DNA of 64,000 nucleotides from Octopus vulgaris (lineage: Eukaryota), in NCBI GenBank assembly GCA_951406725.2, contig OX597818.1, positions 34,596,001 to 34,660,000 of the forward strand. The letters are read 5' to 3'. The notes under the pieces were generated by a model. It was given only the letters and a program-made list of their open reading frames with translations. It was not told the DNA's origin and ran no database searches. Below are positions 25,561 to 39,939 of the stretch, piece after piece. Position numbers and translations under genes: made by a program. Position 1 is the first letter of the stretch. Every line of letters begins with the position of its first letter.

Positions 25561-26191
25561 ATCAATAAAATAAATACCAGCTGAACACTGAGGTCGATGT
25601 TGTTGACTTACTCCTTCCACGAAATTGCTGGCCTAGAGACAAAATTTAAAAGCAGAATATACATATACTTTGCAACATTTAATTACACCTCTTTTCATTC
25701 CGAGTTCAAATTTTAACATGAACAACATTGCCTTTCACCCTTTGAGGTCTATACAAATGATTGAAGTACGAGATTTGAATAAATTAGTTGCCCACAACAT
25801 GAAAATGTGAAAATTGAGCCTATGTTGTTTGTTTGATTCATATCACTGTTAGTGAACAATAGAGTTGTTGATTACAAGTTTCTAATGGGTCAAACACTGG
25901 TTCACCACATTTCTGCCCATGAGCATGTGAGATAGGAGTGTCTGACTCAATACAGGAGACTGTTTGCAAAGCACAGTTTTTTTTATTGTTCTTATTAATG
26001 TTTATATCCTGTGCCAATATAAATACGCAAAAGATACACAATTGCAATATACATACATCTATACTTACTTACATACATACAAATATATGTACATATATAC
26101 AATTGCAATATACATACATATGTACATACGTACATACATACAAATATACATACATATATACAATTGCAATATACATACATATATACATACA

Positions 26192-26647
26192 CCATCATCA
26201 TCATCACTGTTTAGCATCTGCCTTCCATGCTGGCATGGGTGGGACAGTTTAACAAGAGCCAGTCAGGCAGAAGCCTGCATCAGACTTCTGTAATCATTTT
26301 GGCAGGATTTTTTATAGCTGGATGCCCTTCCTAACACCAACCCCTCAACAGAGAGGACTTAGTACTTTTTACGTGACACAAGCACAGGCAAGGTCAGTTT
26401 TGGCAAGATTTTTACAGGTGGATGCTCTTCCAAATGCCAACTGCTTTACAGTGTGGGCTGGGTGCTTTTAAGTGGCACCTGCATTGACAGGGTCACCAAG
26501 TACTTGCGAGACTAAAAAGTAACTTTTTGGGAGGGGATGGGGTATTGGAGGAGGTGATCTTGTGTCGGATGATGAAAGGTTATAGTGAGGCTGAGAGACA
26601 GAAAGAGATGTTTTACTGTAGAGGAGGTACAAGGTTACCCGGCCAGA

Positions 26648-26689
<42 letters not shown>

Positions 26690-27075
26690 TTACGAATGAA
26701 GACAGAAACAGGTGCACTCCCTCAAAGAAAATACATGGTTGCCCAACCTGAAGGAAGTGCACGAGAAGGAGAGAGAGGGGGGGGGAGACAGCAGGATAGA
26801 AATAGTGGCAAAGTGCCAGGCACATGAAATGATACAGTGAGACAGGACATGGGTGGAACACGCAGGTCGGAAGCTAGCAGATAGCAATGATACAATGACA
26901 CAGGGCCAAGAAGACAGGATTGGGTAGTGAGAGGTAAGCCTAACACATGAAGTGGAAATGTGAGGAAGAGAAGAGATGTAGTTTGGTTTGTAGTGGTAGA
27001 GTGTGTGAGAAATTTTCTGAAGTATGGGTGGGACACACAGTGCTTCTAGAAGTCAGTTTCGCTGACATGGGTAGG
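26192..27075 (-). mobile_element. longer non-coding element with RTE-type tail
   Basis: RTE 3' motif plus purine-rich body; relative at about 45275-46230. Confidence 0.5.
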
Positions 27076-27566
27076 TCTTCTCAAGAACCTACATGCATAC
27101 GAACATACATACATACATACATACATTGAGAAATCTGCAGTTACTCTATCCAGATTACAAGTTCAGGTTTATACTTGTAATTATTGGGGCCCTGGGATAT
27201 ATTTAACACACTGCCTAAATACCAATCTTGAGAAATTAGGTTTCTCAAAACCTGAAAGAAGAAAGCTAATTTGAAGACTACAGATCCAATCTATCACTGG
27301 AACTGTAAAAATCTGTAAAACTTTCCGGAAGTTTATCATTTAGATATATATATGGAGTTGTGGCCGATGATGGTGTCACATTACTGGCACCCATGCCAGT
27401 GGCACTTAGAAATCATCCATTACACTCTTGGGTGGCATTAGAAAGGGCATCCAGCCATAGAAACCATGCCAAATCAGATTAGAACCTGGTGTAGCTCTAC
27501 AGCTTACAGTTTCAGTCAAACCATCTAACCCATGCCAGCACGAAAAGCAGACGCTAAACGATGATG

Positions 27567-27612
<46 letters not shown>

Positions 27613-28207
27613 CATACATACACAGACACATACACACACCCACACACATGCGAATACACACATACACTCACATATACATCCATGTATTGTCAACTGAGGG
27701 ATATAGAGGAATGAAAAAATTTGCGAATATAAGAGAGGGAGAGAGGGGGTGAGAGAAGGAGAAATTAAAGAAAGGCAGGAAGAGAAAGAAAAACTTGATA
27801 TGAGATACAAAAAGCTTGATATGACAAACTGACAATCTTTCTCTACTTTACACCAACACTCCTACCTTAACTACTCCTCCATTACAACTTCTTGTCTTTC
27901 TACTTCTTTCTCCACTCATATTGGTTTGACCTCTGGGAGACCTTTGATCCTGGCTTTACTTTTCCATACATTATTCTGGGCTTTATTTGGACCATCCTGC
28001 AAAATTTGGCAAAATTTCATTGAGGAATGGAAACATTTTTTCATGACAAACAGACAAACATAAAGGCTCATGAATATAGATTTTTAAAATGCAACAGATG
28101 GTATATACCTGTCAAACACAAGTCATTGAGACTTATTTGATGATAAGTATTATTAAGGCAGTTATGACTTCCATATATATATATATATATAAATATCTAT
28201 CTATCTA

Positions 28208-28254
<47 letters not shown>

Positions 28255-28383
28255 CATATATATATATATACATACATATATATATATACACATATACATA
28301 TATATATATATATATAAATATAAATATATATATATATACACACAAACATAAATATATACATACATATATATATATACACATAT

Positions 28384-28423
<40 letters not shown>

Positions 28424-28427
<4 letters not shown>

Positions 28428-29199
28428 TACATATGTGGGAAATTCTGTCTGTGGGTGTGTTTGTGGAGTTGTTAGATAATTCCTACATTGTTTTATTGAT
28501 TTTGATGAAACTTGACACATGGAAACCTTATGGCATACTCAGATTGTTGAAAAAAATAATCGATAATAGGGCACCTGGAAGGGATCCTTATATATAGCCA
28601 AGGGTAATAACCCATTCATTTTCCTAAATTATTTGATAAAAATGAAATTGAGTATGCTTATTTCTTAGTTTTTGAACTATTAGATTTATTTTTACAATTT
28701 ATCCAGTACAACCCTTAAACAAGTAAACAGTATTCTCCTAAACAATAGATCCACTTATTTCGGCTACAAATATATGAACACTAGCGCCCCTGAGGGTAAT
28801 ATTCTCTGGGAATGCACAGAGTTATTTACTTTGAACTGTTATTATCTCATATCTGATTAGTCTGTTATTATGTAACATTCTTTACGATTTTAGTATACGT
28901 AACTTATTAGTATTTCCTCCTATGTTCTATATACTCTGAGAACACATTAAAGCCCTTTTCAGGGCTGCTTTATTTGAATTCTTACTATCGGGTAACTAAT
29001 TTCATGTTATTACATAACTGACTTCACAATTTGGGTATTCATAATTTATTGGGAATTCCTAAAAACAAGATCCTGTGTAAGACAGTTCGGTATTCTCTGT
29101 AAATACACAAAAATCATTTTAAGAGCTACATACTTTGCATTGAGAATGGGACAAGGGATAAGCTGTGCTTTCCCAGGAATTATCGGATACATCAGCTAG
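28424..29199 (+). mobile_element. Helitron-like element
   Basis: ctgtctgt..gattttgatgaaacttgac 5' motif; ggatacatcagCTAG 3' end. Confidence 0.45.
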
Positions 29200-29539
29200 G
29201 ATATACATGTGAAAATATAAATATCTGATTTTTTGTGAACAATTTCATCCAAATGTTACATATATACAGTGTGAATGCTTTGTTATATTTTGTGTATATG
29301 TGTATATATAATAATGACAGAATGAGAAAGAAGCTATTTTTATCATGTGTATAATGCTCTGTTAACCATTCCACTCTGATAACTAAGTAGATTTCAATCT
29401 TAAGGACACTTTTGCTCCATTATTTCCTAACAAGTGCCATATCCTGCTATATAATTTTCCCCAAACCCTTATCAACTTAATCCTATCAAAGATTGTTTCA
29501 TCTTTCATTTTTGCACAATTTTGTCAGTTGTTCTACTTT

Positions 29540-29572
<33 letters not shown>

Positions 29573-30675
29573 GTTTAACGTCTACTTTCCATGCTGGCAT
29601 GGGTTGGATGGTTTGACTGAGGACTGGTGAGCTAGAGGCTACACCTGGCACAGTCTGGTCTGGCAAAATTTCTACAGCTGGATGCCCTTCCTAATGCCAA
29701 TCACTCCAAGAGTGTAGTGGGTGCTTTTTACGTGCTACTGGCACGAGGGCCAGTCAGGCGGTTCTGGCAACAACAATGCTCATGCTCAAAAGGTGTTTTT
29801 ACGTGCTATCTCACTGGAGCCAGTCTGGCAGCACTGGCAACGACCACACTCGAATATTATTTTTCACATGTCACCAGCACATGTGCCAGTAAGGCTACAC
29901 TGGCTATGATCATGCTCAAATAGTGCTTTTCATGAGTCACCAGCACAGGAGCCAATCCATGGTCCTGGCAACGGTCACGCTCGGGTGCGCTTTTAACATT
30001 CCACTGGCACAAGTGCCAATCAGGTGGTACTGTCATCAGCCATGTCAGCGATTTTGGTTTGTTTACACTAGCCTCAATAGGTCTTCACAAGCAAAGTTCA
30101 TTGTCCAATGAATGAGGGGTACTCATAAGTGGCCTGGTTACACTCCATGTTCGCATGTGCTTTTAACATTCCACTGACATGAGTGCCAATCAGGCAGTAC
30201 TGTCGTCGGCCACATCAGCAATTCTGATTTCGATTTCACTTGCCTCAACAGGTCTTCACAAGCAAAGTTTATTGTCCAATGAATGAGGGGTATTCAAAAG
30301 TGGGCTGGTTACACCCACTGGCATAAGCCATGGGCTATGGTCTCACTTGACTTGTCGGGTCTTCTCAAGCACAGCATATCTCCAAAGTCACTAGTCATTG
30401 CCTCGGTAAGGCCCAATGTTTGAAGGTCGTGCTTAAGCACCTCACCCCAGATTTTCCTGGGTCTACTTCTTCCACAAGTTCCCTCAACTGCTAGGGTGTG
30501 ACACTTTTTCACACAGCTGTCCTCATTCATTCACAACACATGACCCTACCAGTGTAGTTGTCTCTCTTGTACACCACATCTGATGCTTCTTAAATCCAAG
30601 TTTTCTCTCAGGGCGCTTATACTCTGTTGTGCATGCACACTGACATTACACATCCAGCGGAGCATACTGGCTTCA
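29540..30675 (-). mobile_element. RTE LINE 3' end: ORF C-terminus plus long, internally repetitive 3'UTR
   Basis: EASMLRWM..; EDSCVKKC..VEGTCGRSRPRKIW; UTR equals the abundant (GAT)n-tailed repeat. Confidence 0.85.
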
Positions 30676-30837
30676 TTAAATCCATTAAAATATTAATAAT
30701 AAATATCATTTCCTAGTCTAGAAACAATAAAACAATAAAACAAGTGTGATTTTATTTTTTTTGTTTCATTCTGTTTAACTTTGTGTTTTCATCCCCTGCA
30801 ATGGCTCCCAAGCGTGCTGCTTCTTCCAAATTCATCC

Positions 30838-31150
30838 CCATCATCATCATCATCATCGTTTAGCATCCGCTTTCCATGCTGGCATGGGTCAGACAGTGCA
30901 ACTGGGGCCTGGGGAAGCCAGAAGGCTGCACCAGGCCCAGTCTGATCTGGCAATGTTTCTACAGCTGAATGCCCTTCCTAACGCCAACCACTCCATGAGT
31001 GTAGTGGGTGCTTTTTACATGCCACCGGCACAGGTGCCAGACGAGGCTGGCAAACGGCCATGATCGGTTGGTGCTTTTTACGTGCCACTGGCACGGAAGC
31101 CAGGCAAGGCTGGCAACGGCCATGATCGGATGGTGCTTTTTACGTTCAAC
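30838..31150 (-). mobile_element. RTE 3'UTR fragment
   Basis: family motif. Confidence 0.8.
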
Positions 31151-31299
31151 TTCTTTCATGTTAAGTACAGTAACAATCTTTATTTTTTTTAATCTAAAGT
31201 GTTATTGCTTAACAGTTGTCCTTGTTATTAATAGACAACTGTAATGGGTAGGTTGTTAACAGTACAGGGAGGGTTTTAAAGGTCCAAATACACGTTAAA

Positions 31300-31390
31300 T
31301 AAATACTGTAAACATGGTGCCCCTACTTTGCGGAAATTCAGTTATCGAGGCTGGTCTCAGAACCAATCTACCACGATAAACGAGGGATCA

Positions 31391-31395
<5 letters not shown>
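31300..31395. mobile_element. pogo/Tigger-like terminal fragment
   Basis: ends cgataaacgagggatcactg-TA. Confidence 0.5.
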
Positions 31396-31435
<40 letters not shown>

Positions 31436-31617
31436 ATGTATTATGTAGGTAGGGAAAAAATCAAAGCTTATTTGATTCTCTGTCTGAAAATTTTCTAACA
31501 GAAAATTTCTTACCTGTTTATCCAACATTCAACATATACAATTCCTATTAACAAATGAAACATGTGTAATGGTGAATAAATAATACAAAACAATTTTTCA
31601 GATTCTTGTTTTCTGTG

Positions 31618-31662
<45 letters not shown>

Positions 31663-32021
31663 TATATCTACATACATATTGTACAGTTAAATATAAGCAG
31701 AAAAGGCATAATAAATAAAAGCTTGTATAAGAAGCACATACACATAGAAAGTAGAGTATACAAATAAATGAATAAGTGATATGATAAAGTCTTATCTTTA
31801 CATCTGTTTAAAGTAAATAGTTACTATTGCCATAACCATATGTATTTTAGCTGCCCTCTTACTCCCTACCTACCTACCTACCTACCTACCTACATACATA
31901 CATACATACATACATACATACATACATACATACATACATACATACATACACACACACATATATGTATATATATCCATATATTGTCTCTTTCCTTGTTTCT
32001 CTCCTTGATTTTTCTGTGTTC

Positions 32022-32057
32022 CTTTCTGTAGAAGAGCATAGGCTTGAAACGTAAAAG
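32022..32057 (+). ncRNA. minimal hammerhead-like motif in a (TA)n-embedded repeat (31980-32150)
   Basis: cttt-CTGTAGA-a-gagc-atag-gctt-GAAAC-GTA-aaag. Confidence 0.55.
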
Positions 32058-32337
32058 ACTTTTTCTATTCCTGAGCGTTATACTAATACATCTGTTTGTT
32101 TTGTACACCACCTGTCTTCGTTTTTTGTTTTTTTCGTAAACTCTCCCGAAATATATATATATATATATAAAATTTAGATTGTAGACCATAAAAAATGTTC
32201 ACAAATTTTTTACAGTAAGATAAAACTTTCATCAGTTTTTACAATGAATGGCAAAAACACACACAAAAAAAGCTGTTAGAATATTCTCTTTCTTTAACAT
32301 TATAATATATTCTTGGCTGGTCTGTAAAAGCTGTTTC

Positions 32338-32421
32338 TTAGAAGAGTTCATAGAAGAGATCATTGAAGTGATTTGCCATGAGGCGTAAAGTAATCCAATG
32401 TTTCCAGCACCTGTCATTCTT
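32338..32421 (-). CDS. candidate terminal exon KNDRCWKHWITLRLMANHFNDLFYELF*
   Basis: acceptor ttattctttctcacAG; apparently unique sequence; protein not recognised. Confidence 0.35.
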   Translation of the reverse strand, partial: KNDRCWKHWITLRLMANHFNDLFYELF

Positions 32422-33149
32422 CTGTGAGAAAGAATAAATAGGAGTTTTAACACCTTGGTCGTAAAACTGCAAATGAAATATAGAATAAAGCGAAGGAGTT
32501 TTGTTGTGAGAGAGAGCGGTGAGGAGTGAGGAGTAAGGGGGGAAAAGCCAATGTCAGTTTGAGTGGGTAGAGTATGAGGTGAACGAAGGTAGAAGGAGAG
32601 TGAAGATTGGGGGGGGGGGGTAGCAGAGGGAAGCACAATTTGTAACAAATCAGTTGAAATAAGAGAAAGGTGGTGAGAGTCAGATCAAGTGAGATGGGAG
32701 ATGATATTAAGAACAGATGGAAAGCAAAGAAACAAATGGAAAATTATTATTATTATCATTATTATTATTATTATATAATAGTGGTATGCTGAAGAATCGC
32801 TAGAAAAGAATTGCTAAAGAAACAATGCCTTATTGTAATTCTTCTGCCTCTATACATTCTGGGCTCAACTCCCACATAAAAGTTAATTATGCCTTTCAGT
32901 TTTTCAACGTCAAAGAAATAAAGTATCAGTCAAGTACTGGAGTTGATGTGATGGAACTGCCTCTTTCCTCAAGCTGTTTTGGCTTGCCTTGTGCCAAAAT
33001 TAGAAAGAATTGTTATTATTATTATTATTATTTCTGGCATTAAGGTGGTAAGCTAACAGAATCATTAGCACATCGGGAAAAAATGCTTAGTGGCATTTTG
33101 TCTATCTTTACATTATGAGTTCAAATTCTGCTTATGTCAACTTTGCCTT

Positions 33150-33355
33150 TCCTTCATTTGGTTTCCTATCCTCTATCTCATGGTCGCACTGAATCATAAA
33201 ATCCCATAGGATCTTTGCATTATCATTTTCAATGATGCCTTTTGGTTTATGTTCATACCACTCTTTTGCACTGTCAAGTCCATACTTGTTGCAAAGTGTC
33301 CAATGAACAATCCTTGCTATATCATCATGACATCTCTTATATTCTTTCTGGGCTA
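33150..33355 (-). mobile_element. R4/Dong-like REL domain fragment
   Basis: LAQKEYKRCHDDIARIVHWTLC..WYEHKP..ILWDFMIQCDH. Confidence 0.85.
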
Positions 33356-33744
33356 GTGTGTGTGTGTGTGTGTGTATTTGTTCCTCACCACCACTTGACA
33401 ACTGGTGTTGGTGTGTTTATGTCCCCATAACCTAGCAGTTCAGCAAAAGAGACCAATATAGAAAAATAAGTACTGGGGTGGTTGAGGGCAGTCATTCAAA
33501 TACGATTCTTCAAGGTGCATTTAATTGTATGGCTGCAGTTTAATGACTGATGCAAGTAAAAGATGCATAGGTGAAGAGAGGATATGCTTGCATCTGTATG
33601 CATATATTTCTGCACACGTGTACATGTGTATGTGTGTATGTGTGTGTTTGCCTCTAGTGCCAAAAAAGCACTGTTGCCAAAACAGGTCAATGTCCAGTCA
33701 GCGGTGCCAAATTCTCTGCATCCAAGCATCCATATTTAATTGAC

Positions 33745-34015
33745 TAGTTCTGATTTCTTCTGAAGACAAAAATTGATAAACTCCTGATATGAGCAGTAAC
33801 AAGAGTCTATGAAGAACTTCTGTAAAGATTCCTGTGTTAATCAAGAAATTTTAGGTAGAATCCTACAGTGAAGACGCTTCAGAAGCACATCAGAATTTTC
33901 CAGTAAAAGAAGTCCTAAACTCTGAAATGTCAACATTGCTTCATTATACTTGAGAAGTACCAATTGTAATAGGAAGTTAGCATTCCTGAAGACTGAGACC
34001 TCCTTCCAGAAGTAT
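33745..34015 (-). pseudogene. candidate coding exon with one in-frame TGA (33841-33843)
   Basis: acceptor ccctcttcagtttttAG; YFWKEVSVFRNANFLLQL...PKIS*LTQESLQKFF...KKSEL; weak donor. Confidence 0.3.
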
Positions 34016-34229
34016 CTAAAAACTGAAGAGGGATGACAAGTTGTCTCATACAGCAAAAACGTAAAAAAATAAACATGAAAAATAAAAAGTGAACTCAAAG
34101 GTAAGCCAAGATGCACTGAGAGGAAACCTCTCTCCAAGACTGGTGGTAGTGGTGGTGGTGGCTGAGTAGGGTCTGAGTTTATTAGGTACAAGCTCAATTT
34201 TCTTCAGTACTACATTCAGGATATTTTAT

Positions 34230-34460
34230 CTATTTCTTTACTACCCACAAGGGGCTAAACACAGAGAGGACAAACAGGGACAGACAAACGGATTAAGTCG
34301 ATTATATCGACCCCAGTGCGTAACTGGTACTTATTTAATTGACCCCGAAAGGATGAAAGGCAAAGTCGACCTCGGCAGAATTTGAACTCAGAACGTAGTG
34401 GCAGACAAAATACCTCTAAGCTTTTCACCCGGCGGGCTAACAATTCTGCCAAGCTCACCG
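34230..34460 (-). mobile_element. Nin/Deu-like SINE with 20-bp TSD
   Basis: acattcaggatattttatct on both sides. Confidence 0.85.
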
Positions 34461-36691
34461 ACATTCAGGATATTTTATCTTTTAATTGTTACTTGTTTCA
34501 GTTGTTAGATTGTAGCCATGCTGGGACACTGCCTTGAAGAATCTTTAGTCAAATGAATCGACCCGAGTATGTATTTTTTCTTTAAACTTGGTACTTTGGT
34601 TTCTATTGGTCTCTTTTGCTGAACTGCTAAGTTGCAGGGATGTAAACACACCAACACTGGTTGTTAAGCAGTGGTGGGTGACCCCCCCACACACACACAC
34701 ATTCATATATATATAAAATAAATGCGCCCTTTTTAAAACCTAGCCAGACACATGGGCCTGGTTTCCCGGTTTCTATGGCGTATATGTTCCCCATCTGGAT
34801 GGGACGCCAGTCCATTGCAGCGTTACACATTTTTGCCAGCTGAGTGGACTGGAGCAATGTGAAATGGAGTGTTTTGCTCAAGAATACAACGCGTTGCCCG
34901 GTCCGGACTTCTTTTAGTTTGCATCTCCCAAATCCACTCAGAAGGCTTTGATCAGCCTGAGGCTATAGTACAAGACATTTACCCAAGGTGCAACATGATG
35001 GAACTGAACCCAGAACCATGTCATCAGGAAGTGAGCTTCTTACCACACAGCCACACGGTATGTTGATATTCAAATAGTTTGTTTCTGTGGACAGAATTTC
35101 TTCCTGGCCCTCCTCTTACATTTATTTATTCTCTCATTGAGCTGCTTGTTCATGTACAGCTTAAGCTGGTCTTTACATTGATCCAAGTTAATTGATTTTA
35201 TAATGTTCCCTTGTTCTATTTTCTTTATTGTTATTGTTGAGTTCCTCATTGGTGATAATCTCGTTGATCTGTTGTGATGGATGTTTTTATTAAGTTTGTT
35301 ATGAGTGAAGTGGAGAATATATATTTGTTTTGGCTGTGTATTTGATTGAATGTTTCTACTGGTACTTCTATGATTTTCATCATCATCAATACAGAGAACT
35401 AGCAGCATCATTAGCACTACATTCTGAGTTCAAATTCTGCCATGGTCAACGTTGCCTTTAATCTTTATGGAGTCAATAAAATAGGAACAAGTCAAGGACT
35501 GGGGCCAGTGTGATAGATTTGTCCCTTCCATTTGTGCCAAAATTAGAAAGAATTTTTTTCATTTTGGATTTTGGATATTAATACATTTCTTTGTGCCTGA
35601 TTTGTATTTGCTACAATTCCTTCCTTGTTTGTTGTACCATGAGTTCAGTTATTTTTATTATGCTTTAAGTGTTTATATATTGTTTGTGTTTTTGTTTAGT
35701 TGTTTTCTTTCTTTTGTGGGTTCTTATTAGTTTTTTTGTGGGTTATCTTTTTAAGCATATTATATTACTTTGTTTTAATTTCAGTATGCATTCTTTCTAT
35801 GTATGAGTTGTTCTATTTCCACTATTGGAATCTCATTACTGTTTATTATAAATCTGTGTACATTTGCAAATGTGCTTGCAGTGATATTTTTCTTCACATC
35901 TTCATTTTGTTATCCATAACTCTTTTATAGTATTCTGTCTTTGATATAGTACTGATGTAACACCTTTACAAACATTCACTTTTAGTTGTATGTTTAATTT
36001 GGATACTAGTAAGTGATTGACAGACCTTTTAGTTCAGAGTTAATCTTTTGAGATCATAGCTTCTAAACCGCACCTTATATTATTCCCCATAGCATAGCTA
36101 GAGTGTGTGTACTGCTCAGGGTAGCCCTTGAGTCCTCCCTCCATCAATCCCATACTGGATTATACAACAGACCCAAAGGGGCTGCCCTCATAAAAGTGTT
36201 TCCTGGGGTTGACAGACCCCTTGCTTCTAACCATTGCTCTGCCTAGCTATGCTGCTGATTATTTTCATATGATTCCAAATTAAACTCACATTACATTATT
36301 CACTATAGACCCTAACTCTGAAAGTATTTTTTTGTTGTTTGATTTTTTTAAAAATTTATTTTTGAACATAACTAATATGTTTTTAAACAGCATTGGTTTT
36401 ATTTTAAATTAATTAATTTTGGCTTGGCTTGGTCTTAAATGGTCACTTTCCTTGTCTATACACATGTTGATTATTATTTAAATAACACATTTTATGTAAG
36501 TTATTATATACAGACTATATTTAATACTCAAGAGTATTATTCATAGTCATAGCAATATATTTTTTATATAATATTCAGCTGCATGTACTGGGATAGTTTT
36601 GTCTGTTTTTGTTTTCAAAAATTCATTACCTTATCTTTTGCTCAGTTTTTCATCTGTGCATGTGTTGATTATTATTTAAATAATATATATT

Positions 36692-37255
36692 GTGTGGAGA
36701 TGCTTGGCTTAGTGGTTAGGGTGTCAGCATCATGATCGTAAGATTGTGGCTTCAATTCCTGGACCGGGCGATGCATTGTGTTCTTGAGCAAAACACTTCA
36801 TTTCACGTTGCTCCAGTCCACTCAGCTGGCAAAAATGAGTAACACTGCGATGGACTGGCATCCCGTCCAGCTGGGGAACACATACGCCATTAAAACCGGG
36901 AAACTGGGCCCATGAGCCTGGCTAGGCTTTAAAAGGGTGCATTTATTTTTTGTGGAGGTGCAATGGCCCAGTGTTTAGGGCAGCGGACTCGCGGTCGGAA
37001 GATTGCAGTTTCAATTCCCAGACTGAGCGTTGTGTGTGTCTATTGAGCAAAAACACCTAAAGCTCCGGCAGGTGGTTGTGGTGACTCCTGTTGTACTCTT
37101 TCACCCCAAATTTCTCTCACTCTTTCTTCTTGTTTCTTGAGTAACGCTGCGATGGACTGGTGTCCCGTCCAGCTGGGGGGAATACATACACCACAGAAAC
37201 TGGGAAACCGGGCCCATGAGCCTGACTAGGATTGAAAAGGGTGCATAAATAAAAA
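36692..37255 (+). mobile_element. head-to-tail dimer of two tRNA SINEs (head B+tail Y, head A+tail Y)
   Basis: two sets of A/B boxes; shared gggcccatgagcctg tail; atatatattgt flanks. Confidence 0.85.
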
Positions 37256-37469
37256 AATATATATATTGTAAGTAACAATCCCTTGAAAGTTACAACATAT
37301 GTATCAGTTTTACTTACTGGGATTCTTATCAAATAATTTACTTCATTTTGTTCTGTTTTTATTAATTTTAGTCTTGGTTTTGATGATACCATTGGGTTTA
37401 TTTTATTGCAATTGCTTTTTCCATATCTATGTTATTGTTCAGCCTTCACTATTATTCTATTGTTAAGCT

Positions 37470-37900
37470 AGTGAGGAGGCAAAATCATTAGCATGCTGGA
37501 CAGAATGCTTAGCTGCATTTCACCTATATTTACATTCTGAGTTCAGATTCAGCTGAGGTCAACTTTGCCTTTCATCCTTTTAAGGGTTGATTGATTAAGA
37601 ACCAGTTGATGGAGTTGATGTAATCAACTAGTCCTCTTCCCTAAAATTTCAGGACTTGTGCCTATAAAAGAAATGATTATTATTGTTATTAAGGTGGTGA
37701 GCTGGCAGAATTGTTAGCTCATTGAATAAAATGTTTAGCAGCACTTGGTTCATATTTACATTCTGAGTTCAAATTCTGCTGAAGTCGACATTGTCTTTTA
37801 TCTTTACAAGGTTGATTTAAAAAGTCCCAATTAAGTACTGGGGTCAATGAAATTTACTAGATCCCTCCCTCAAAATTTCAGGCTTAGTGCCTATAGTAGA
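37470..37900 (+). mobile_element. two tandem Nin/Deu-like SINEs
   Basis: ttctgagttca.attc.gctga.gtc.ac.ttg.cttt.atc occurs twice. Confidence 0.7.
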
Positions 37901-39366
37901 TAGGGTTGTTGACATTGCATCATCATCATTGTTGACAAGAAAAGCACTCTCAGTTCTGATTCCCTTAAAATGTAGTTAGAAATAAATGAAGCTGTGTGAA
38001 GGATTAGTAGTTAATGAGTTAATACTAACTGAAATTAAATTCAGAGACAAAAGTCACAAATAAAGTATTAAAGATTAAGAATGAAGAAACTCTAAAATTT
38101 GGGGTGAAAGAACTAAAAATTAAAGGAAAAAATATAATAGGAATGAGGAAGTACAAGAGTGAAACCCCTTCAAACAATTAGATAACCCATTCTTTAGTAT
38201 TGAGAATGATATATTAAAGTTAAAGATAACTACATGAAGAGTATATATGAGAGTTAGAATTAAAACCTGATGGTTTGTTAATCATTCTAATTAGAAAAGT
38301 GCTTAGAGAAAATTTTCAAGTGTTGTAAAGAACACTGTTATCAACACCCCAGCTAAAGGATGGATTTTATACCAGCACTAGCTGAGATACCTAGCCTTGC
38401 TCAGGAAAATGTTGTTGACAAAATACGGCAGATATTGTGTTCACCTTAATAGACGTCATTGATTGGTTGAAATTGCCGAAATGCAAGAAATTAAACAACA
38501 AATAGCTTACAAACTACAGAATTTTCTCAAGAAAGTCAAGAGAAAAAGATGTTTTATGTAACACACTACCAGTATACGAAGTTTAAAAGTGTTTAGTTAC
38601 AAAGAAGTTATTTTAAAAATCTGCCGGTCAAAGTGAAAAGATCCAAAATATGAAAAGTACATGTAGTATTACCCATTATAATAGGTATATCATATCTCCC
38701 TGAGAGAGTGAATTTGTAAAATTTCGTAACTGTATAACTGTATAAAGATTCATTGGATTTCGAAAATCTGTCCATACTGTATCACCAGTCAACATATGTG
38801 AAAAAGGTTATGAGAGATTGCAGTCATGGAGCGACAGCGGAACTGGAACAGAGACTAAAAGTAAATTAGGACTCAGAGGTGGTGAGTGGTGTTGCTCAGT
38901 GTGGGGTGAGTAGTACACTCTTCATATTTTCATTTTCAACTATCACGCATGTTATCATAATTTTAATTTGTTTTCCATGTTCATTTTCATGTGTCTTTGA
39001 TAATATCATATTTTATTTTTATATATTTTTAATTGTTATATGTCCCCACATGTGTTGTAGTGTCCCCCCTATGTAATGCCTTATGGCAAAAATATTGAAA
39101 TAAAGAAGCTTACTTCCCAACCACACGGTTCTGGGTTCAGTCCCACTGTGTGGCACCTTGGGCAAGTGTCTTCTACTATAGTCTCAGGCTAACCAAAGCC
39201 TTGTGAGTGGATTTGGTAGATGGAAACTAAAAGAAGCCCACTGTGTGTGTATATATATATATATATATATACATTGTGTGTGTATATATATGTATATATA
39301 TATCAGATGCCATGATAGATCGTTAGCCACTACACACATTTTTTTCTCTCCTTGTTTTCTGTGTCC

Positions 39367-39402
39367 CTTTCTGTAGAAGAGCATAGGCTCGAAACGTAAA
39401 AG
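39367..39402 (+). ncRNA. minimal hammerhead-like motif in repeat 39305-39495, nested in a SINE microsatellite
   Basis: cttt-CTGTAGA-a-GAGC-atag-GCTC-GAAAC-GTA-aaag. Confidence 0.6.
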
Positions 39403-39492
39403 ACTTTTTCTATTCCTGAGAGTTATACTAATACATCTCTTTGTTTTGTACACCACATGTCTTCATCTTTTGTTGTTTTTTTCGTAAGCTCT

Positions 39493-39556
<64 letters not shown>

Positions 39557-39939
39557 ATATATTTATGTATGCATGTCTTTGTCTCCCCCACCATCGTTTG
39601 ACAACTGATGCTGGTGTGTTTATGTTCCTGAAACTTAGTGGTTTGGCAAAAGAAACCAATAGAATAAGTCCTAGACTTACAAACAATAAGTCCTGGGGTC
39701 AGTTTCTTTGACTAAAAGTGGTGCTCCAGCATGACCGCAGTCAAATGACTGAAACATGTAAAAGAGTAAAAAAGTAAAAGAGATATATATGAAGAAACAT
39801 GTATAAATATAAGTATCCCAATGTTAGATATAAAACATGTGACATCAAAAATATAAACAAATATAATAAATATCAAAATATTGAGCAATGTCAAAATATT
39901 AAAATATAAACAATGTTAGAAAATATTGGAAAACAATTA

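Noticed and set aside
28930-28995. Degenerate hammerhead (CTGAGAA..GAAT..TC)
   Set aside because: Two core mismatches and weak stem I; at most a relic.
29710-30200. CRISPR-like repeat-spacer pattern in ~40-bp periodic units
   Set aside because: Degenerate tandem units of a LINE 3'UTR with related 'spacers'; eukaryotic context and no cas genes.
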